From NCBI GenBank assembly GCA_023231475.1, contig JALJEE010001690.1:62001-126000 (forward strand): a DNA stretch of 64,000 nucleotides, given 5' to 3'. The notes below the pieces were generated by a model. That model saw only the letters and a program-made list of their open reading frames with translations, ran no database searches and was not told the origin of the DNA. The position numbers and the translations under genes are program-made. This stretch comes from Seison nebaliae. Its lineage: Eukaryota. The first letter of the stretch is position 1. The number at the start of each line of letters is the position of its first letter. This document shows, piece after piece, positions 51,110 through 64,000 of this stretch.

Positions 51110-52663
51110 ATGTTAAGTGAGAATGTTTTTTTAAATATAATACTTACAATGAAACCTATGAGCAGAAAACGGACAAATGACAAAGATGAAATCATTTTGC
51201 ATTTGAATGAGAATTCCTCATATTTCTGTAAAAATTGTTTTAGTGAAATAAAACAATTGAATGAGAGTAAAATTAAATCGTTTGATTTAAATTGTACTAT
51301 AGTATCAGAAAATGATTTAGCCAACAGCAGAAATCAGTTGAACAATTCCCTCATCGACGGTATATGGGAGGAATTGTTAAACGATTACAAAAAGAAATCA
51401 CCAACGAGAGAAAATGGTAGAGAAGAAGTTCAAAAAAAGAGAAGGAAATTGGAAGAAGATATTTCATCGGAAACGAAAGACGAAGATAAACGATTAGTTT
51501 ATGGTATCGGACAAAATTTAACGGGACAACTTTGTGGTTCTCCTGAAGAGTTGTTTGAAGTATCCAAATATCGAGCTATTAAATTGGGGAATGATTCCAT
51601 AAAAATGATTTGTTGTGGTGCCATGCATTCTGTTATTATCACTAATGATTCGTCCATCATTACTTTTGGATGTAATGATGAAGGAGCTCTTGGAATTCGG
51701 AAAGAGGAAGAGAATAATTCTCAATTATTTTATCATATTCAATTGAATCATCAATGGTTGAATACAGATCATATTATTAAATGTATTGCTGGTGATTCAT
51801 TTACATCAGTATTGACATTTTCTGGACGTCTTTTCCTTTGGGGAACATTTCGAGATGCCAATGGAATTTGTGGATTAATCGAACCAAATGAAATTTCATT
51901 TACACCAAAAGAAGTTATTTTGAAGGGAAAGAAAATGGTTGATGTTGTTGGAGGATTTGATCATATTCTCATTTTGACATCCGACAATTTTTTATATTCG
52001 ATGGGAAATGGAGAACAAGGTCAATTGGGAAGAATTGGAGAATTGAAAGCAAAAGATCCGGAGAAGAAAGCTTTAAATGAATTTCTACAATTAAAACAGA
52101 TAAATTTCACTCCAAAAATCAAATATATATTTGCGGGAGGATATGGATCAATAATTGTAACGATTAATAATGAATGTTATGGATTCGGTTTGAATAATTA
52201 TCATCAACTTGGCATCCAAAAGAAAGATGAAGAAGATAACTGTGTTTATTTCCCGAGACAATCACATTATCTTCAAGACATCAAATGGAACAATATTTCT
52301 ATGTCTCTACATCATTCAATGGGATTATCGATGAATGGAGACGTTTATGGTTTTGGGAGATCAGACGACGGTCGTCTCGGTGTGATAAATGAGCAGATTA
52401 TTAATCGGGAAGACATAAAATTTCCTATCAAATGGAATTTTCCTTGTAAATTTAGAGAAGTTCGTTCTTGTCTAGCCGGATCATTTGCCATCACCCTATC
52501 AGGAGCACTTGTATCATCGGGTACTGGTGATACGATGATGATGGGTCATGGAGAACATGATAAAGTTGAAGGGACATATGTCGAACAATTGAAACGTCTT
52601 GAAAAGTCGAATTGTATATCCGTAGCGGCTGGTGGACAACATTCTTTGATTTTGATCAAATAG
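51110..52663 (+). CDS. RCC1: Regulator of chromosome condensation 1 (Ran GEF); intronless
   Basis: RCC1 repeats CGAMHS..FGCNDEGALG, AGDSFT..WGTFRDANG, GNGEQGQLGR, FGLNNYHQLG, GRSDDGRLG and AGGQHS, with a basic NLS-like QKKRRK. The true start could be a downstream ATG. Confidence 0.93.
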   Translation: MLSENVFLNIILTMKPMSRKRTNDKDEIILHLNENSSYFCKNCFSEIKQLNESKIKSFDLNCTIVSENDLANSRNQLNNSLIDGIWEELLNDYKKKSPTRENGREEVQKKRRKLEEDISSETKDEDKRLVYGIGQNLTGQLCGSPEELFEVSKYRAIKLGNDSIKMICCGAMHSVIITNDSSIITFGCNDEGALGIRKEEENNSQLFYHIQLNHQWLNTDHIIKCIAGDSFTSVLTFSGRLFLWGTFRDANGICGLIEPNEISFTPKEVILKGKKMVDVVGGFDHILILTSDNFLYSMGNGEQGQLGRIGELKAKDPEKKALNEFLQLKQINFTPKIKYIFAGGYGSIIVTINNECYGFGLNNYHQLGIQKKDEEDNCVYFPRQSHYLQDIKWNNISMSLHHSMGLSMNGDVYGFGRSDDGRLGVINEQIINREDIKFPIKWNFPCKFREVRSCLAGSFAITLSGALVSSGTGDTMMMGHGEHDKVEGTYVEQLKRLEKSNCISVAAGGQHSLILIK

Positions 52664-52836
52664 TTTTCTTTTTTTCCACTTTATTTCAATATATATCAAT
52701 GTAATTTAAATAAAATACAAAACTGACCGGATAAATAAAAATTGAAAATGTTTTAATTATGAGTTGAATTGTAAGAAAGAATTTTATTAAATGAATTTCA
52801 TTATCGTTCTTTTAGAAATTTATAGGAATTATTATA

Positions 52837-54871
52837 TTATAATCGATTATTTCGATTTCTCGCTAAATCGATGCAATGTGAAGAATGACGATTCTTAATT
52901 ATCGAATCATCTTGTTGTAGATTTGATTTTAACGTTTGTAAATTTTGATAAATACCTTGCAACAAATTCATTCGATGCATTGAATTCTGAATATGATTTT
53001 CGAAACTCTTGACATATTCCTCTAAATCGAAGACGTCTGCATTCGTCATGTGTAGTAGTTGTCTGGAAGTTGTCACCGTTTTCTCTTCCTCCTGTAAAAG
53101 ATTATGATGTTGAAGATAAATACTTTCTTCTAATTCATTCAATTCGATTAGTTTCCGATTAATTCCATCATTATTCTCCTCATCTTCTACAACGTCCTCA
53201 CATTCGTTATGACGCCAATGATTTCGGTTTTTATTCTTATTCATATTTTGAATACTGTTATTGATATTTGAACGAATTCGACGAACAACATCTTTCGAAG
53301 TGATGGAAGGTGAAGTTGATGTTATTGTTGGTACGTCGTTGGTATCTACCATTTCTTGTTCTGTATCTAATTCCTTAACCCGGTCGGCATATCGGAGTGT
53401 GTTCAGTGTATGTTCCACATCCGAATTTCCTGGTGAAATTGTGGCAATCATACATACTTTACTTTGGGTTTGGATGAACGAATCTCTCAACACTTTTGTC
53501 AATGTCGATCCTCTAAATGGAATGTGATTATCCTCACGACCTAATGCTCGAATACATTCCTTCAAAGCTAACAATGATCGATTAATTTCAGCACCTTCAT
53601 TTCGTGTAACTCGATCGGATGATTGAGTGTCCTTACCTCGTTCACTTCCCGCTAAATCGATTAAAGATATTTTCCCATGTAACTTTCCTGATGTTTGACA
53701 TCTCAAAATGAATTGAAAAATAGCATGTGAACGACTTGAATTATCATTAGCACTTGTTTGACCACTAGTACGTAAGTCCATTCCATAAGATATCCAATGT
53801 AGAACTTCGTTAACGTCAATGACATGACATTCTCTCAAATCGACAACTCGTACAATATTTTTACTATCCTCTAATACTCGAAGTCGCTCTTTACGATTAA
53901 GTAAATCGAACACCTTCCCACAATAGATCTCAAAGAATGAGACATTGATGAAAAACTTGTTGCAATATTTATTCTCTAACAAATCGAAGATATCATTTGA
54001 AGTCATTGCATAAATACCATTATGAATCGTTTTCGCTTTTGTATCACCTCCCATTGTATGTGTCTTTCCGCTACCAGTCTGTCCATATGCGAAGCACATG
54101 GACATATTCCCTTCGAACATATGTTCAACTAAAGGTCGAGCTGTGTATTGATATACTAACGAGTTATCACAATCATCATCGAAAGTATAAGTAAATCGAA
54201 AACGTTGATTATCTAAAAATTTCGTCATATCTACTTTGAGTTTCGGTTGATGGATAACTATGATATCTCGACTAGGAACTGAAATAACATCAATTTCTTT
54301 TCTCACATTAACTTCCCGACGATTCATCGGTCGTTTTCTTATACATACAACAATTCGTTGTTGTACCATATGCTCATTATCCGTTATGGGTGTGAATTGC
54401 ATACTCTGTCGATACGTATTAATCATTCCAACAAAATCTCTATTTTGAGGTGTATCATAATCCTGAATTTGCTTTTGCCGATTTCGGCGATCCTCACGAT
54501 GACGTCTAATCTTATCAATCTCTTTCACACAATGACCTTTCCTTCGTGGAAGTGGTGGATCGTGTTGCGTTACCATTATATCATCATTGTCTCGTTTCTT
54601 ATATCGATAATCATCATTTGTAACAGTTTGAGACAAATTCACATTCGTTTGATTACTGAAATTAATAAAGACGAAGAATAATCAATAATAATATGTAAAT
54701 GTCAACTAACTATTGTTCTTTGTGACCATATATCTGAGAATTCCGATATCGACGAATTGGTGAATTCGATTTTTGTTCATTCGATTTCAGTTCATAATTC
54801 GTTTTATTCGATACGTCATTATTTCGTTGTTCATAATTATGACCATTGCCACTTCCATTATCATGTTGCAT
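52837..54871 (-). CDS. KIF2: Kinesin-13 (KIF2/MCAK) microtubule depolymerase; 5' exon uncertain
   Basis: Neck, KVDMTKFL (KVD finger), FAYGQTGSGKT, SSRSHA, DLAGSERG, LLALKECIRAL (KEC) and a C-terminal coiled coil. The main exon is 52837 to ~54655. Confidence 0.93.
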
Positions 54872-55144
54872 GATCAGCTGTCCACAAACACAAATTCACA
54901 ATAAATGTTAAAGTAAATTCTTACACTTTTTCCTTATACTGCACAATGTATGATTTTGTATCACTCGTAACAAATGAATGAATTGAACTGAATTAAAATG
55001 TCAATCTATTCGTCTTCTCTAAATATAGTCGATTTTCTTAACAATGATTCATCATTGAAAAGTGCGCACTTTATTTTCGAATTTTTTTCAAATTTTTTTA
55101 TTTACAATGAATAATCTCAATAAAATTACTTCTATATCCTTTCT

Positions 55145-55913
55145 CTACATCTCCAATAATTGTGGTTCATTGTGAAGACGAAAACAACAACAAGTTGAAT
55201 TGTTGCATTCTTCGGGGAAGCAAGCGCATCGACATGTTATAGTTGTACACTAGTTAACAATATGAGATGGTAATACAATTAATAATTCTAACTGATGTCG
55301 ATTCGCAACATTGACATAGAATAAAAGTTGAAAGATCTTGTTTCTGAAAAGGGGAAAAATGAAATAGATATTCGATAAATTCCCAAACTTTCTTCGGACA
55401 ACAACATTTATCCCAACAATCATTACAATCGAATCCAGTATCACAAGCATTGATGCACGCCGCACAACATTGACAGTATGACCAATCTTCCACGTCCTTA
55501 CTTCTTGCTACGCATAAATTCTTGCAAATTCCCCGTCTCTAAATAAAAAAAAACAAAATACTGGAAAGTTACACTTGAGATAAATCTAACGGTAAGTGCT
55601 TTCCTTATACACGAGATTATAATAAGGAAAATTAAATAAACGGAAATACTTAGGAGAATGATCGCTGGAATCGGTAACAGTAACGGTATTATACTGTCAT
55701 CTTCCGTTGGATTACCCAAACCTTCCTGAAATATCAATGAAACATAATTAAAATATGATAAGTTAGTTTGCTAACTATATAGGTTTTCATCCAGATATAT
55801 GTTCTATTGAAATCGTTGTTATGGCAACATAACATCAGTAAAGCTAAAAAGTTATCGACAACATTTTCGTCAGATTCATAACTTTTAACTCCTAGCCAAA
55901 CGGTTGAAGTCAT
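55145..55913 (-). CDS. Small single-pass membrane protein with extremely Cys-rich C-terminal half, 5 exons
   Basis: Spliced via four GTT..AG introns: TM LLLPIPAIILLSISVYLIFLIII, then RK..RR..C..C..YCQCCAACINAC..CNDCWDKCCCPKK..CQCC..C..CRCAC..C..CCC. Start codon tentative. Confidence 0.7.
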
Positions 55914-58900
55914 TCTCCATTAGACGTTACATGTCATCGAAGTAAACATTGAAATTCACGTAAATTTGAAGAAAATGAATTTTTTTGAGTTATCGTTGAC
56001 AAATGTCATTTTGTCACAAAAGGTTTCATTCACTCACAGATGGATTCACAACATTGTCAAATAAATAAAGTTGTTGAATACATAGAAGGATAAATCAATT
56101 TTTAATAAAATAATCATTCTTCATTTTTAATCTTTCTAATCTTGTTAAGTAATCAGAATAATTTTCCTGATATTATTATTTCTATTGAACTTCTGTTGAA
56201 TTAACGGAAACTGATGTCTTCTAGTAGATAATGTCAAGTTTTTTCCATAATTTTAGTAACAAGAAATATATTGTTGGAAAAATTGGAAAAAGAGAATTTA
56301 ATTTCATAGAAAGGTTGCACTCTAACGGTAAAGTTGAAGGGGAACAAAACAAAAGAATATTCGACTAGTTCGACTATAGTTTAAGTTTGGGTGGGATGAG
56401 AGAAAATAAAGGAAAGCGAATAATTTTTATAGTCGACTGGTTTGTTCCTTTCTGAATTCAGTTTTATTGGAATAGTTCAAATTTTTAATTTATCTACCAT
56501 GTTTTTTGACGGAATTCCTGATAATGTTCCTTCACGATGGAATTAGTTGGATGGAAGTTTAAATAGAAATAAGTACATATTATCGTTTATTTGACGTAAA
56601 CTATCCGGTTCATTATATTAAAATAGAGAACATGATATTAGGTGAAAAGGAGGATTCTATTTTAAATGTTCATAATACTCGTTGAATATAATTATCGGTG
56701 GGACGGTGACACACAGGAAAAAATGAATGTTAGTAATAATATTTGAATATGATTTTGTTCGTCTGTTGGGAAGGTGAATAGAATTCATTAGACATTAAAT
56801 TAATAGTATTTTGATAGAAATGAGCGTATAAGTAGAAGTTGAAATAATTTGTGAAATGAACGAAATATACAAATTGTGCAGAGTGGAAAGAACGTATAAG
56901 ATTAGATGAAGCGGAGTCGGAATCGTACAAGATTCAAATAGAGAAAACTTTTCACATGCAGTTAAAGAGTCAGGAAGAGAAGAACGAGTAGCAACAATAG
57001 AAAAATTGATAAGAACATATATATGTCCACATTGACATCCCGTCGCCCATCCAAGAGAGCATGTGCTTATATGTAGACATTGTGATATGATGATGGAACA
57101 TAATTGATGTTAAGGATGTCGAATGAAAAATGATGACTGATGAGAATTATGGAAGCAGGAATTGTGCAATACATTTCGCATGCGGCGCCATCACAGTTTG
57201 ATGAACGATGACAGATGCCGTGGGAAATGAATTGCACTAGCTTCGTTGTTATTGTATATAATCAATTGAGAATGTCGAAATTGTGATGAAGGAAATATTT
57301 GAACAAAATACGATTTCTTCCTCTCACAATGTCACAATTCAATATTGGATGAACATTCAAAAAAATTTTACAATATCTATTCTCTCATGTTATCACTAAT
57401 GTATAGAGTGGTTCTTCCATCGATGTTTTATCATACATCTACTGATATAGTATGCTACACTATATTATGAATAACGTTTCATAACAACAAGCAAATTATT
57501 AAGAACAACAATAAGAATAATAAGAATTAATCTAAAAAATTCCTGTTTCCAAAATTTTTTTATTCATTTCTCTTCCAACTAATTGTGTATTTGTGTCTAA
57601 TAATTTTTGTACTAAAAATTATATTTGTGTATTGTATTATAAGTAAAAATTTAAAAATTGCCAAACTTGAATTTTTATGGATTTTATTCACTGTAAATAT
57701 TGATTCTTAATTTAGAATGTTCGACAAGTTTCTTACAATCCATTAAAATATTTAGTTTCCAGTATGCCCTGAATAAAATTTAACGAAATAAAATATGTCG
57801 ATATATTGGTAAGTTGTGCTCAAAACATACTACGACATACTAGTTTGAGTGATATTGTTATTCTAAAAAATGTTGCTGGTAGGTGGTTGTGGTATTATGT
57901 CGAAATGTTAATTAACAGTAACAATTTTCTCGCTATCTCATTCGGATTAGTACCGGAAATATTCCTTCCTCAATTTGGATCGTTTAGATTTTGTTTCAAA
58001 TGTTTTGAACATGGTACAACTATTGCCGTAATGTTAAAATGATGCATATTGATGAATGATGTTCCAACAAGCCATTATGAATGGTAGTTCTTACTATTTA
58101 CAATGATAGAGAGTAGGAATAATAATTAAACAGATTACTTTCTTCAGGGCTTTCTGCTGCATATAGTGATGGAATGCGCGTGTATACATTCCTTACCAAT
58201 CTATCCGGCTGCTGTATACTCTAGAGACATATGTAAATTGTTTCTTGGAATACTGTAGACTCGGCTGACTGAATAGAGTCATCTTGTTTTCCATCGTCCT
58301 ATTACATAGAGAAGATGGGGGGAGAATGATGAAGAAGTAATATCTGGTATTCGTGCAGGAAATTTATTAATTTTTGTCATGCAGAAATTATTCTCTTTGA
58401 AAATGTTCTCTTATTCTCCATACCATACAATTACATTAAACACATTTAAAAGAAAATTATAATAATATTCTTTTACCATCATTCGTATTACTATTAACAT
58501 CGTTTTCGTCATTGTTGTCGTTTTGGTCGTCATCGTCTTTGTTGGAAAGGAAGGAGCAGTAGACATTAGACAAATGAGAAATCAAAATGGAAGGAAGGAA
58601 AGGAAGAACAAAACTTCATCTTTTGCTTACCGCTCCATCTATTGACGTTGTTGTTACTTCTATCTCCATTTGCATGAAAGAGAATGTATGAATGAAGATC
58701 TAAAACAAAATGGAAAGAAAACGGAAGAATAATTAATATATTCTTCATTCCATATACAATACATTGATGTATATGTTTATTCCATACATCATTTCGATCA
58801 ACTTTTTCTTCTCAGCTACAATTCCTTCATTGGAACAAACACATACGATATTTGGGAAGTGATGGCTCTGAAATATTTTAGATGAAGAACGTTCAAACTA

Positions 58901-61900
58901 ATAACTCTGCATGTTTCTCATAATGTTACATTTAATGATTATTTAATAGTTTTTTTTCATCATCTTCATCAGTTTCTTCTTCTTCTGCTGCTTTTGATGC
59001 TGGTTTCATATCAATGTGAGAAATTGTTTCCCTTTAATTCCTCTTTCAGTCTCCACCATTTATTTCTTGTATAAATCTTATTCATCCTCTTCCAGAACGC
59101 CATCAGTCTCTGAACTGCAAGAGCTTTGTAAGAGAATAATTAAATTTTGTCTACTAATTTTATGTGAAGGAAAATTAATTATCTTTTTATGGATTCTCTT
59201 CATATAGACAGAGATCGAATATGAATCAATTTCTTATGTAATATATCTTCTACTACTTAAGGAGATTGCGGATATGCCAACTGATTGGACTATGCTCGAT
59301 ATTATCCTGCAACTCGCGAATCTAATGCATCGATTGGTAAATTCTTCACATTTTAACCTTTATCGAAGAGAATTTTTCTCAAACAATGTCTCAAATGTTA
59401 TCCGTTATGTAAGAATATTTGATAAGACAACGAATTGTCACAGTTGAGGATTGAATGATATCTGACAAGAATCTTAATGTACATTAATCTTAACAACAAA
59501 GACATCTTTATTGTTATTATTCATTTTTTTCATTATTCTTTTAATCAATAAAAGTAATGGGAAAAAAGAAAAGGAATAACTATATGGTCGTCTATTATTC
59601 TAAAACGAACATTCATTTTCTTCGAATATTTTATTATTTCCTATTATTAATGACGACCATTTTAGTATCTTTCCATAAAGATGCGTAAAGTGGAATAAGT
59701 GTAAAATTATGATATTCTTAAATGTACTTTCAATTGATGCTTCCATTACTAATTCATTATTGATAGTTAGGTCGGAAACACCGTTGGATGTATCGAAATG
59801 TGCATATTCATTCCGAAACTGATTCTGACGAAACTTCCGATAGTGTAATAGAAAATGCAAGTTGAAACAAATGAATAACTTTCTTTCTTACATCTAAAAC
59901 TTACTGTTATCTAGTAGAACCATATGGTAGGATAGAACAGACATATATGTTTCACTTTTTAAGACGAAATTTATCGTTTAATCATACATTAGACTCTTCC
60001 TCTCTACAATTTCTTCATTAGATGTTTTCCCCCGTTTCCGTATCATCGTTAAGCAAGTGCTCCTAATGAATGATATATTAGCAATCCGTTCCCTCTGTTC
60101 TTTCGGGTGGTCGAATAATCCTGGAGATTTCGTCTTTTATTCATCTCTTTCCAAAATAATGAAATCTCCATTTGGCGGTTCACGGAAATGGAGGAATAGA
60201 GGGGAAGAAATATGTAAAAACAATTCCGCAATTCGACAACAATTGAATATAAGTTTCCTATCGATATAATCGACATAAAGCGCATAAGCTTCAACCTCAC
60301 TAATGGATAGATGAATAGACAACGTAGCTTGTTACCAGAATATCTCCATAAATAACTAACGAATTACATAAGACGAAATGTTTGCCTTCAGAAGAAAATG
60401 TAAAACATAGGAATAAATTATGTTAAAATGATTCTATTTTTATCTCAGAAATCTTCAGTTTTAGACCTATCAAGGAAAAAATATTTACAAGTTTGTTACT
60501 TAACAAATTGTTAACAATTTTCAATAATTCCTCGAAATTTTATTATCCAACTGAAAAACGTATGTCATATTTTGAAGTTTATGATTTTTAAAATATGAAT
60601 AATGATATTAGAATGTCAATCGAATGTTTTTACGATTTCACCTTTAACCATAATCAATACTATGTTTTTCTTCAACAGACAGCACAACATCCAAATGATT
60701 TATATGTAGATCTATCCAAACTAATAAATTTGTCAAATTTGAATAATGTTTTCAAATGCATTAATTCTATTCGAAAAAATTAGCTTTCTCTTAATCGGAG
60801 AAATTGATCATCTGAATAAATGAACCACCATTTTTTACCAAATCATTAGTGCATTCTATTAGCACTCATGAAGAAAAATTAATGGACATTATAAGAAACT
60901 TTTCTTTCTTATACATTTAAAATATCATTATATATGCCTCTTATCTTTCCAAAACTATAAAACATTTTTACCGGATGAATTTTCTGAATATTCCAATCTA
61001 AATTTCTGTTAAGTGTTTAACCAATCTGCATTGGTTACAAACCGGTTCTGTAGTTTACACGCTGAATAATTGAAATAAGTGCAAATGAAGATATCAGAAT
61101 TAATTTCTTTTGACAATAGAAAAAGTTTTAATGAAAATTTCTTGCATAATTGATGATGAATATCTTCATTGAATATTCAACAATCTTATTCTTCTTGAGT
61201 ATTTCTTTTATTTTTTTTGGAGTCCAACAAATTGATAGTATGAATTTATATTTTAGGTGATCTGTGTTAATTTACTCTTCAAGGTTTAAGTACATTCGAA
61301 GATGAAGATTCGCCCATACCGTTTCTGTGGAGATTACTTGTATAAATCTGAATTCCTCCGTTTTCTTGTTCTAATTTTTTATTGCTTTTTTTCTCGATTA
61401 GTCGAATGTTTATTGGAAATTATTCAAAAGTGAAAAGCTTATTCAATCTCAACAGTTTTTCCTATTTCCTTTCCTTCTTCACAATACGACACAGCTTCCT
61501 ATTAAACATTTCCATTTCTTCTTTTATTATACAACATTTCTTAGCAAATATAAAGTACTTCTAAAATAATCTTCACATCAACTCCAAATTCTCCTTATTG
61601 TTATTATTGTGGAAAGATCCAAATATTATAACCTAATATAATTGAATATAATTTAAACATTTTGAGAACCTTATATAGAGTAGATACATTTTCATTGGGA
61701 GCCCAACAAAATCTAGAAAAGAAATTTTATTAAACGTAACATAAATTTAGTTCTAGTTGATCAAGTTATTCTCCTAATATCTGTGAAAAGTACAAGGTTA
61801 TAAATAATAAAGAAATTTGTATTTCATTCTTCGACAATTAGAGTAAAATGATTTTACTCTAATCGAATTTTTTATTTTAAATTTTGTCCATTTCCATTTT

Positions 61901-64000
61901 GTAAATTTCAACATTCAAACATCCTTCGAAACCGAATTTCGTCTTAGTTTCATCAATGATTGTGTCTGGATAAGACTGACATATCAAGTTTATGATCATA
62001 CAAATCAATCGAATTTCCTAAATTTTACGTATTCAAATATTTATTTTTTGAGATTGCCTGCTCTACACTGTGAGTCCACAATTAGCACTATGGTGGCACA
62101 TAGCACGACATTATAAGAGAAAGCAAATAGGACCACCCAACGACCTATTGAGGTAACTTCCTCTATTGATTTATTGCTTATGTAAATTTCCAGTTGGTGA
62201 AACGGGAAACAAATCCGAATTTTACTCGTTGTTGGATCATTTGATCGGCTATCGAACTTGACTATCGAGTTATATAGGAAATTGGTGAAAATAATTTTAA
62301 GTTATCAAAAGTCGAGATATAATTTCGACATGTTATGAAATTAAATGAATTATGATGGAATTTGTGTGGAAATTTATTTTTATTCTATCTTTCCTGAATG
62401 AATTAATTTCAATGTCTTGTTTATAATACAATGACTTATTTCAAGATATGATTTCTACAAATTACAATTACTAGTCCAATTCATTTCTACTATTATCCTG
62501 ACTTCATTCCATCCTAACACACAAATCGAAAATTTTAAGAAAAACAATTTTCCCATATCTGTTCATTCCATCGTTCTAGTATGAAGTAGAGAACTATCAT
62601 CACTTTGCTTTCATCTTTTGAATTGATAACATAATTTAGAATATTATTCTGATCATTCTTCGACATATTATCATTACAACGATTAGGTTCCTGACGATTG
62701 GAATTGAATAGAGAAATCTCTTCCGCCCCACTATTCACTCCAACGAAAGAAGTAATTAAGCAAAATGAATTTAAGTTATAAATTATCAATAATCGTTATG
62801 ATTAACGTGGAAAACTTTTATAAATATTCATTGCTTATCAATAGATTCATTTTCGAGATTGAACTAACATTTTCCAGGAATATTTATTCTTTTAATGAAT
62901 ATAAATCTGATGAGCGTATGTGAATTCTCCGAAATTTCTAATCGTCTCCACCAAATTAAATATGTTCATATTTACCAACATATTATGCATATCTTCCACA
63001 TCTCGCTTCATTTCGACTGCACGAACTGAGCAATTGTTTTACATTTGGACGAGAACATAATATATTCACATCACATATCTAGATCTGATTTTGAAATGTC
63101 AGTAGGTAAAACAAAAACCGAATCAATTTTTAAGACGAAACTTGTGACATTCATAATATCTTTTCCATTATTCAATATCGTATCAGCTTTTTAATTATAC
63201 GTCATTCCCATATACTCATGTTCATATTCTCCATATGTTGATAGTGTTCCTTACAAATTATTTTGAACTTTACATTCTTTCTATTAACTTCACTCACACG
63301 GAATATTATTGGTGTTAGAGAACGAAGTTAAAAGTCTCCACTTGTTTTTATTATAGAATTCGGAGTCAATTCACATTCATCGGAAGTTTTGTAAATTCAT
63401 GTTCATTCTCCGACCAATTCAGTTAGTTTCTACCAGATAATTCGTTAAATAATCAAGTCAGTGTTCATTCGGTTACGTGATTCGTAATATTCATAAGTAT
63501 CCGTAGTAAATGAAGTTAATTCGATAAATTAAAGTGTCAATGATTATTGTTCTGAAAATCACAATAAATTGGAATAATTGGTAAGAATGTCTAACCAGAA
63601 AATCACAATTGTAAGTTGGACAGAAAAGAGAAATTTACACTTGTAAAACATATGAAATAGAAATGGAAATTTCTTAGGAAATGGGAAGGCTGATATAAAT
63701 GATACGAAAGTTGTAAATAAATATGTTTGGTAACTCATAATTATTGGAAATGATAAAGTAGTTTGGTTGGGACGGAGGAGGAGCATGCACATATGTACAT
63801 GCTTAAATAAGATGAAAAGTAGTTGTCTTTCTACTTGCTGTATTTGCTAATAAATTGTCATTATTACATTCATGTTAATAGGATTGTTTTTGTCTTCATT
63901 CATTTTCTTCAAGTTATCAAATCGATATTATTATCATTATTTTCGTTATCGTCCACATTCCGTGCACATTAAATTTTCGACTTTTCAATTTATTTCATTA

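Noticed and set aside
51110..54871. RCC1 and kinesin-13 adjacency as a mitotic gene cluster
   Set aside because: A convergent pair with no shared promoter; chance neighbourhood is sufficient.
57190..57251. Possible microRNA hairpin (AATTGCAC miR-92-like seed at 57230; nearby ATCACAG miR-2-like seed)
   Set aside because: The stem has several mismatches, including opposite the seed, and the rest does not match the recalled mature sequences. Seven-mers are expected by chance, so small-RNA reads would be needed.
1..64000. Alternative genetic code or stop-codon readthrough to explain fragmented ORFs
   Set aside because: Every break examined in conserved genes is resolved by a short GT..AG intron, and the long intronless genes translate cleanly with the standard code.
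1..64000. tRNA, rRNA or spliceosomal snRNA genes
   Set aside because: None recognisable by eye; a covariance-model scan would be needed to exclude divergent copies.

Overview
Eukaryotic (animal) nuclear DNA from a very AT-rich, compact genome, read with the standard genetic code. The Unc-4 homeobox, mitoguardin and peptide-type GPCR point to an invertebrate bilaterian; the species cannot be determined from this window. I reconstructed about 20 protein-coding genes by hand. Recognisable ones are CHORDC1, TMEM107-like, Unc-4/Uncx, eIF2A, acid sphingomyelinase, pescadillo, a GPI-type Xaa-Pro aminopeptidase, ChaC, an SDR, DUSP11, a GPCR, mitoguardin, a membrane serine protease, RCC1 and kinesin-13; the rest are orphan secreted or membrane proteins. 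Several are invisible or fragmented in the ORF track because of tiny introns (mostly ~40-65 nt). Transposon relics include two LINE 3' fragments, a pogo-like transposase fragment and two to three MITE-like elements. The two most striking observations are (1) an atypical splice code, with 38 of 40 hand-scored introns starting GTT rather than GTR, little +5G and frequent AAG acceptors, and (2) a six-exon, signal-peptide-bearing, highly divergent protein kinase next to transposon debris. All exon models are manual inferences without transcript support.
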